Shown: piece by piece, positions 58,150 through 64,000 of the stretch
How positions within the stretch are numbered: the first letter of the stretch is position 1
Layout: each line of letters opens with the position of its first letter
IMG/VR virus record: IMGVR_UViG_3300033146_002768
Coordinates: 143,112 to 207,111 of that record
Length of the DNA stretch: 64,000 nucleotides
Reading direction: 5' to 3' (one strand)
Program-made: the position numbers and the translations under genes
The notes under the pieces: model-generated
Database searches by the model: none
The model's input: only the letters and a program-made list of their open reading frames with translations
Told to the model about the DNA's origin: nothing

Positions 58150-58380
58150 TTATTTCCTCGCTTGTGCTTTAACTTTTGAACTATATTTATTAAGTATTTG
58201 TTGTTTATAATATTTATATTTATCTCTATGAAATTTCATTCTTTTATGCAACGAATCTTCTTTATCTCTTGAAACTTGAACTGATAGTCTTCCAACTTCC
58301 CTATCAATTTTTTTATTTCTGGTTACATAAGAAGTAGTAGGTTTTTTAACTTCTTGAAAAAATTGTTTAAACAATTTCAT
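58150..58380 (-). CDS. Basic putative internal head protein
   Basis: MKLFKQFFQE N-terminus resembles the T4 capsid targeting sequence. Confidence 0.5.
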   Translation of the reverse strand: MKLFKQFFQEVKKPTTSYVTRNKKIDREVGRLSVQVSRDKEDSLHKRMKFHRDKYKYYKQQILNKYSSKVKAQARK

Positions 58381-58813
58381 TATTTGACCCACCTTCCATT
58401 ATTTGATCTATGGATGCTTGTTTAATTTCATCATGTTCTGCTTTAGTATTAAAATATTCTACTAAAGTAAACATGAAAGTTTCTTCATCGCCATATAAAT
58501 ATTCAAACTCTTTTGTTAAAGTTGGACCTAATAATTTTAATGTTAATTTTCCAAAGTCAATTGAATTTTGTTTAATTATATCATCGTCTGGTTTAGTACC
58601 AGAAATTGAATATACTAATATTTTATCTTTATATATTATATCAAATGCTTTCTCCATATAATATTCAAGTATAGCAACATAAAGAGTATGTTTATCAACA
58701 TAAGATTGTCTTTTTTTATATTCTAAATAATTAGAAACAACTTTTAAACTTGGTATATATAGAATAAAAATTGTTAATATAATAATTCCTGTTATAATAT
58801 AAAGATTATCCAT
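58367..58813 (-). CDS. Protein with N-terminal membrane anchor
   Basis: Hydrophobic N-terminal helix. Confidence 0.6.
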   Translation of the reverse strand: MDNLYIITGIIILTIFILYIPSLKVVSNYLEYKKRQSYVDKHTLYVAILEYYMEKAFDIIYKDKILVYSISGTKPDDDIIKQNSIDFGKLTLKLLGPTLTKEFEYLYGDEETFMFTLVEYFNTKAEHDEIKQASIDQIMEGGSNNEIV

Positions 58814-59096
58814 CTGTTATAATATCCTCTGTTTTACTATCTGATTTTTTTGGTTCTTCTTTAGGAGTTCTTTTCTTATATACTCTTTTTCTTTTACCTT
58901 CCTCATTTACAACAATAGAAGTTATTTGATGTGGTCTTATAATAACATTTGAATTACTAGTTTCTAAAATAACAACATTACCAACAGATAATAATTTAGA
59001 AAGTTCCTGAGTATATTCATTAAGATTATCATCATTTTCATCTTCGATTATAAGAGGTTCAGTATTCGGTTGTAGAATTTTGATAATTTTTTTCAT
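58806..59096 (-). CDS. Hypothetical protein
   Basis: 96 aa. Confidence 0.6.
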   Translation of the reverse strand: MKKIIKILQPNTEPLIIEDENDDNLNEYTQELSKLLSVGNVVILETSNSNVIIRPHQITSIVVNEEGKRKRVYKKRTPKEEPKKSDSKTEDIITDG

Positions 59097-59115
59097 CTCT
59101 TATTCCTATAGTTTG

Positions 59116-59400
59116 TTATTCAGTTTCTTTTGATAATTTCTCAAGTATTGTTTTAGGAGTTGAAGTTTTCTTTTTTACTTTAGATGTTTTGTTAGTAGTC
59201 ATTGGCTTAACAGCAGGTTTTTTCTCAACAGGTTTATAATCTTCTATCTCAAAATTAATTGCTTGATGACTCATTGAAGCTTTTAATAGATTTAATTCAT
59301 TTTCATATGTAATAACAATTTCTAATGGAGTTCTAACTAAACGCCCTTTAAGAAAAAGCATTTTATTCGGTGTAATTACTTTTACTAATTGTGGTTTCAT
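59116..59400 (-). CDS. Hypothetical protein with LVRTP motif
   Basis: Start adjusted to MKPQ after GAGAGG. Confidence 0.6.
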   Translation of the reverse strand: MKPQLVKVITPNKMLFLKGRLVRTPLEIVITYENELNLLKASMSHQAINFEIEDYKPVEKKPAVKPMTTNKTSKVKKKTSTPKTILEKLSKETE

Positions 59401-59420
59401 AAATTCCTCTCTACGGATTA

Positions 59421-59456
59421 ATATACACACGGACACGTTAGCATCCGTGTGTATAT
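59421..59456. terminator. 13-bp perfect hairpin after the scaffold-like gene
   Basis: ATATACACACGGA / TCCGTGTGTATAT. Confidence 0.6.
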
Positions 59457-59461
59457 AATTG

Positions 59462-60370
59462 TTAGACTATAATATCGTCATCATCAAGATCAACTACATC
59501 GTCATCTTCCATAGACTCTGCGAAGATATCAAAAGCTTCTTCTAAAGCTTCTAATTCATCTGCGGTTCCTGGATTTCCAATTGGAGCACCAGATTCTTTG
59601 ATTTCTTTATCAACGTCAAGATCTTCTTCTTTATCATCATCGCCTTCTTTTTCTTCTGCTTTTTCTTCTGGAGTTTCTTTTCCGCCAGCAGTCATATCAT
59701 CTTCCATTTCAAGAAGTTCGTCGAACTCATCTAAGAGATCCATGTCTTCTTTCATAGCTGCTTTGATACCTTTACCAACACCATCAGAACCAGCAGGGAA
59801 TGTAGCAGGTTTTACTGCACCTTCTCCACCTTCATGTTTATCACCATCAATTAAACCAGATGAATCTTTTTCTGGATCTCCAGATGGTTCATGAACTTTT
59901 GTTTTACCGACAGGATCTTGCTCTATGTCTTCTTCAAGAAGTTCGTCTTCTTCCATCTCAGCAATCAATCTTTCAATGACAGCATTTTCAACATCGTCTT
60001 CTAGAAGTTCATCTTCTTCAAGTAGATCACCATCAAGATCAACATCTTCTTGTTTTACAGCATCAGCAATCTTTTTCTTTGCTGCATCTACTTCAATAGT
60101 CTCATCTGGTAATGCCGCTTTATCTTTTCCAACTTGTGGAATAGAAGCATCTTCATTAGTTACTGAAACACCTTTATCCGAATCTTGGTTAAAATAATAT
60201 CTTTCAAGAATTGATGCTGCGTCTTTATGTGTAGGTAGTTCTCCACCACCATCATAACCTAAAATTGGGTCTAAGAATGGACCATTAACATCGACAGTTT
60301 TTGTAGTATCATGACCTCGGTCACCTACTGATTCTTTTAATAGTTCCATATAATTAACTCTTTTACTCAT
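59462..60370 (-). CDS. Very acidic prohead core/scaffold-like protein
   Basis: Asp/Glu-rich with many LLEE/L-x-E sites; lies in the head module. Confidence 0.6.
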   Translation of the reverse strand: MSKRVNYMELLKESVGDRGHDTTKTVDVNGPFLDPILGYDGGGELPTHKDAASILERYYFNQDSDKGVSVTNEDASIPQVGKDKAALPDETIEVDAAKKKIADAVKQEDVDLDGDLLEEDELLEDDVENAVIERLIAEMEEDELLEEDIEQDPVGKTKVHEPSGDPEKDSSGLIDGDKHEGGEGAVKPATFPAGSDGVGKGIKAAMKEDMDLLDEFDELLEMEDDMTAGGKETPEEKAEEKEGDDDKEEDLDVDKEIKESGAPIGNPGTADELEALEEAFDIFAESMEDDDVVDLDDDDIIV

Positions 60371-60472
60371 GACAAATCCTCCTTATAAGGGTATAAATAC
60401 AAATAAATGATTTATTAGTTTAACTTTATTATTTGTTCTTATAAGGAAGGTTACTTAAAGTGAGTTTGTTTC

Positions 60473-62059
60473 TTAAAATGCTTCGCCCATACCTCCAAAG
60501 TCTTTTAGTGGCGGTGGCGGTTTAGTAACTGTAAATTTATTAGATCCAAAATCTATTTTAGTACCTTGAGGAAGTGGTTGTTGTTGTTGTGCTCCATTTG
60601 GGTTTAATGCATCAGGAGAATTTTCATTATTAACTTTTCTACAACTTATAAATCTAAAGTGAGCATAATTAACTTTAAATTCCAAGCTAACATTACTAAC
60701 CCCACTTCTATTTTTACCTACTTTAGCATATACTATAGTATCATCAACCGGATTTCTAGATAATAAAATTACAAAATCTGCATGCTCAACTTTCTTTACT
60801 GATTCTGAAATCTGATCTAAACTTAATTCACCTGCATTTTGAACTCTATATGCACCTCTACCGAGTTGTGTAGGTAACCATACAGGAATATTATATTCAA
60901 CTGCTATTGTTTTCATTGATAAAGTAATATGTCCTAACTCAAGTCTATACATATCATATTTAGTATCACATTTTAATAGATCTAAATAATCTACATATAA
61001 TCCTTTAATAGTACCAGGTCCATATTCAGAAATTGCATCATCAAGAATTCCAACTATATCAAGAGGTGATACACTCATTGCAGGAAAGTATTTCATAATA
61101 ATAGTTGAATTACAAGCTTGCATTCTATCAAGAAGTTTTTGTTTAATATTAACTCCACCTGATATATCTCTTAACACATCATTTTTATCTCTTTGAAATA
61201 AAGGTTGATATGTTCTTAATAAAGATTCTTCAATAGTATTTTCAAGAGTTATGTAAATATAAACATTCTCAACACCATCTTTTTTAGGTTTAGGTTTATC
61301 TTCTGGTGCATCAAATATATTTGGATTAGAGGTTGCGGCATTAATAATTATATTATTTAAAAATGTCGATTTACCAGAACCCGGAGCTCCACCGATAACA
61401 TATAATCTTGATGGTTCTCCACCTCCATTCAATATTTCATTATCAAGTATTTGGTATCCGGTAGGTGTAGTATTTTTTCTTTCATATTTTTTAACAATTA
61501 ATTCTAATACACTTTCATAATCATCTGCTACTAAATCAAGAGAAGCAGCTGCTTCAATAGAAACCCCTCTCTTCTCATTCATCATATTTAGATACATTGT
61601 TTGAATAACATTTTCATAATCCAGTGCTAAATCATCCAAACTATCAAATGACCCATCTCTAAATTGATTTACGAATTTACTTAAATCATCGTAATTTTCA
61701 AATAATGAATTATAAGTCTTTTTTAATCTTAATTGTTTTACTATATCGACAGCAGCACTATCTTTAATTACTTCAGTTCTTTTAAACTCTAAAAAATCTT
61801 GAAGCATATTAAATTTCTTGCTATACATTAAACTATCAATAGCATTTTGGGTAGATTTATCATCCATCTTCATTTGACATATTTTCTTTAAACAATCAAA
61901 TTTAGTCTTAACATTCATAGGAATTTCTAACTGTTCTTTAGATTCATGAAAACCTAGAACAGATAAGACATCTCTATATAAAGCTTTATTCTTTTTTATT
62001 TTAATAGACTTATTTATAACAACACTAAAACAAGAATTTAAAAAAGATTCTGTTATCAA
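60473..62059 (-). CDS. DnaB/gp41-like replicative helicase
   Basis: TPTGY..LD, GGAPGSGKST, YITLE, VDYLDL, PTQL.R, ES..K...AD, K.R.G. Confidence 0.9.
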   Translation of the reverse strand: MITESFLNSCFSVVINKSIKIKKNKALYRDVLSVLGFHESKEQLEIPMNVKTKFDCLKKICQMKMDDKSTQNAIDSLMYSKKFNMLQDFLEFKRTEVIKDSAAVDIVKQLRLKKTYNSLFENYDDLSKFVNQFRDGSFDSLDDLALDYENVIQTMYLNMMNEKRGVSIEAAASLDLVADDYESVLELIVKKYERKNTTPTGYQILDNEILNGGGEPSRLYVIGGAPGSGKSTFLNNIIINAATSNPNIFDAPEDKPKPKKDGVENVYIYITLENTIEESLLRTYQPLFQRDKNDVLRDISGGVNIKQKLLDRMQACNSTIIMKYFPAMSVSPLDIVGILDDAISEYGPGTIKGLYVDYLDLLKCDTKYDMYRLELGHITLSMKTIAVEYNIPVWLPTQLGRGAYRVQNAGELSLDQISESVKKVEHADFVILLSRNPVDDTIVYAKVGKNRSGVSNVSLEFKVNYAHFRFISCRKVNNENSPDALNPNGAQQQQPLPQGTKIDFGSNKFTVTKPPPPLKDFGGMGEAF

Positions 62060-62072
62060 AAACTACCTCCTA

Positions 62073-62444
62073 TCATCTACTAAGGTTGTATGCTATTTTT
62101 CGCTCTAATTTTTTTCTATAATCTTTATCAATACTTTGTTTAATTTCTTCACTTGATTTTTTAAATGGGACATCATCTTCTGGAAACCAACAAGACCATT
62201 CCATAAATATTTGAGAGTTAATATTCCTCTCTACTTCTTCATTTATTCTTTTACCAACAACATTTTCAATCCAATCAAGTTTTCCGTCTCCATAACATTT
62301 TTGACATGATATATGAGATGAAAAAAATCTTTGATACTTTTTATCTTTCTTAATCTCTATTTGACCAGTACCTTTACACACTTTACATTCTGATTCGCCT
62401 GTTTTTAGTTCATCATATGCTTTATAATCTTTTTTAATATCCAT
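62073..62444 (-). CDS. Protein with DnaJ-type CxxCxGxG zinc-finger pair
   Basis: CKVCKGTG and CQKCYGDG. Confidence 0.7.
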   Translation of the reverse strand: MDIKKDYKAYDELKTGESECKVCKGTGQIEIKKDKKYQRFFSSHISCQKCYGDGKLDWIENVVGKRINEEVERNINSQIFMEWSCWFPEDDVPFKKSSEEIKQSIDKDYRKKLERKIAYNLSR

Positions 62445-62446
62445 AA

Positions 62447-63820
62447 CTACACCGTTAACAATCTAGTTGTATGATCTAAATCAGAAAACTCATCTTTAGC
62501 TAAATGTTTATTAACAATATACTTACAATAATCTTCATCAAGATCAATTAACATTTTAATTGAATTAACTAATGAGTGAGTTTTGGCTTTTTGTTTTCTA
62601 GTTATTTTTCCTTGATTAACATTTTGAGTTACTAAACCACATTGTTTATTAAACTCTTCTAAGTCACCTGATTGATATATTGGGAATACTTCACTTGCTT
62701 TTTGTCTTAGTAATAATTGAGTATCAGCATATGTTCTTAACACCAAACACGCTGCATATAATCTAAAATCATCTGGAAATGTTCCTGTAACTTTATTATA
62801 AATTTCAAAAGTTTTAAGTCTTTTTAAATTATAACGATCCGACATATTATTTATTCTATCTTCAATAATATCAGTAACACTTGTTGTAGTATTAGGATGA
62901 AATCTTTTATCAAGACATGCTGTTCGTAAATCAACTTTTCTTATAATTTTATCATTATCTAATATATGTATTGTTCTACCTCTCATTAGACCTTTAAACA
63001 CACCAGAACTATCATAACTAATTCTTAATTCAACATCGTGAGTTTCTTTAACAACCTTTTGGAATATCTCATAAAAGAAAATGTCTCTAAAATTAGCTCC
63101 ACCTAATATATGAAAGTCTAATTCTTTTCGACCAGCTGCAATAGCTTTTTTAAGGACAGGAATCAAAGGAAGAACATAAATTATACAAGGTATAGCAGTA
63201 TCAGAACTCATATTAGCAACTATACCGCCAGTACCAAAATGAGTAAATGCATCTAATTCTGTATAGATATCCCACAGTTTAGGAGTTCTAAAATGATGAA
63301 TATAAATCACTTTATCTCTTACCTCTTTAGGTAACTGTCTTGCCATATTATAAGTTCGTTCATTACCATAAAAAATATCATCAAAGTTTTTAAATAATTT
63401 ACAACCAGGACCAGGAGGCAAATCTAATATAAATGCTTTATCAATACAATCATGTTCTTCTCTTAAAAATTGATGATATAATTGAATTAAGTTTTCAGTT
63501 TCATGTTCATCTATTCTTCCTATAGATGCTTGGAATCCGCCGCTATCAACTATAAAATTACAATTATCAAATATTCCTAATGATCTGCAATCTCTAAATA
63601 GAGCTGCTTCCTTTGCAACATATTTATCATATTTCTTTTTACCAGTAAAATTTTGACCAAATGAATGTAGGAAACCATGACATGTTTCGGATAGAAAATT
63701 CGACATAATATCTGGTGTGAAATTATCATCCCAATTATCCTGCATATTTTTAATCGAGAAATTTTTCACATAGGTTGCCATAGTCTCAAAACCGGCTAAC
63801 ACATAATTACTATCTGACAT
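62447..63820 (-). CDS. tRNA-guanine transglycosylase-like (DpdA-like) protein
   Basis: VDSGGFQ TGT signature, LDLPP, GGI, HILG, YDSS. Confidence 0.7.
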   Translation of the reverse strand: MSDSNYVLAGFETMATYVKNFSIKNMQDNWDDNFTPDIMSNFLSETCHGFLHSFGQNFTGKKKYDKYVAKEAALFRDCRSLGIFDNCNFIVDSGGFQASIGRIDEHETENLIQLYHQFLREEHDCIDKAFILDLPPGPGCKLFKNFDDIFYGNERTYNMARQLPKEVRDKVIYIHHFRTPKLWDIYTELDAFTHFGTGGIVANMSSDTAIPCIIYVLPLIPVLKKAIAAGRKELDFHILGGANFRDIFFYEIFQKVVKETHDVELRISYDSSGVFKGLMRGRTIHILDNDKIIRKVDLRTACLDKRFHPNTTTSVTDIIEDRINNMSDRYNLKRLKTFEIYNKVTGTFPDDFRLYAACLVLRTYADTQLLLRQKASEVFPIYQSGDLEEFNKQCGLVTQNVNQGKITRKQKAKTHSLVNSIKMLIDLDEDYCKYIVNKHLAKDEFSDLDHTTRLLTV

Positions 63821-63888
63821 AGTTTCACCTTTCGCTTATATTTAATATTTATAATATGTTACAATTGTTCATTATATTTTCTATTTCA

Positions 63889-64000
63889 TTATTCATCATC
63901 TCTTAATTCTGCAACTGTTGGAGTTTCATCATTATATGATACTCGTTTATGATAAATACTTTCAAGTTCTTTAATGAGAATTTTTTTAGTAGTATTTAAC
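63889..64000 (-). CDS. 3' end of a gene entering from outside the window
   Basis: ...LNTTKKILIKELESIYHKRVSYNDETPTVAELRDDE-stop. Confidence 0.5.
   Translation of the reverse strand, partial: LNTTKKILIKELESIYHKRVSYNDETPTVAELRDDE

Noticed and set aside
1-64000. Stop-codon reassignment (as in some jumbo phages)
   Set aside because: Long genes read through under code 11, and TAA, TAG and TGA all end genes at sensible operon junctions

Overview
AT-rich segment of a large T4-like (jumbo-type) tailed phage genome, standard genetic code, with no tRNA or CRISPR array seen. There are three strand blocks. (1) 1-33.1 kb, minus strand: tail/fibre genes, a lysis cassette with a REC-PAS protein and a papain-like protease. 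Inside this block sits a ~22 kb modification cluster (8.6-30.8 kb) with 12 radical SAM enzymes, two CmcH/NodU carbamoyltransferases, glycosyltransferase-like proteins, a NodB-type deacetylase, a methyltransferase, an SGNH protein, and two fibre-like proteins ending in tandem C-x-C-x-C-N-Y repeats. (2) 33.2-50.6 kb, plus strand: NADAR, NAD-dependent ligase, PncA/PncB/NadE NAD salvage genes, a TerY-P-like vWA/PP2C/kinase set, RNase H, a PRTase and a PrsW-like protease. (3) 50.7-64 kb, minus strand: endonuclease, major capsid, prohead protease, portal, scaffold-like protein, DnaB helicase and a TGT/DpdA-like protein. The strongest candidate for a new system is the radical SAM cluster with its Cys-repeat candidate substrates, apparently under a phage late-promoter motif. 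All family calls come from motifs read by eye; no database searches were run.
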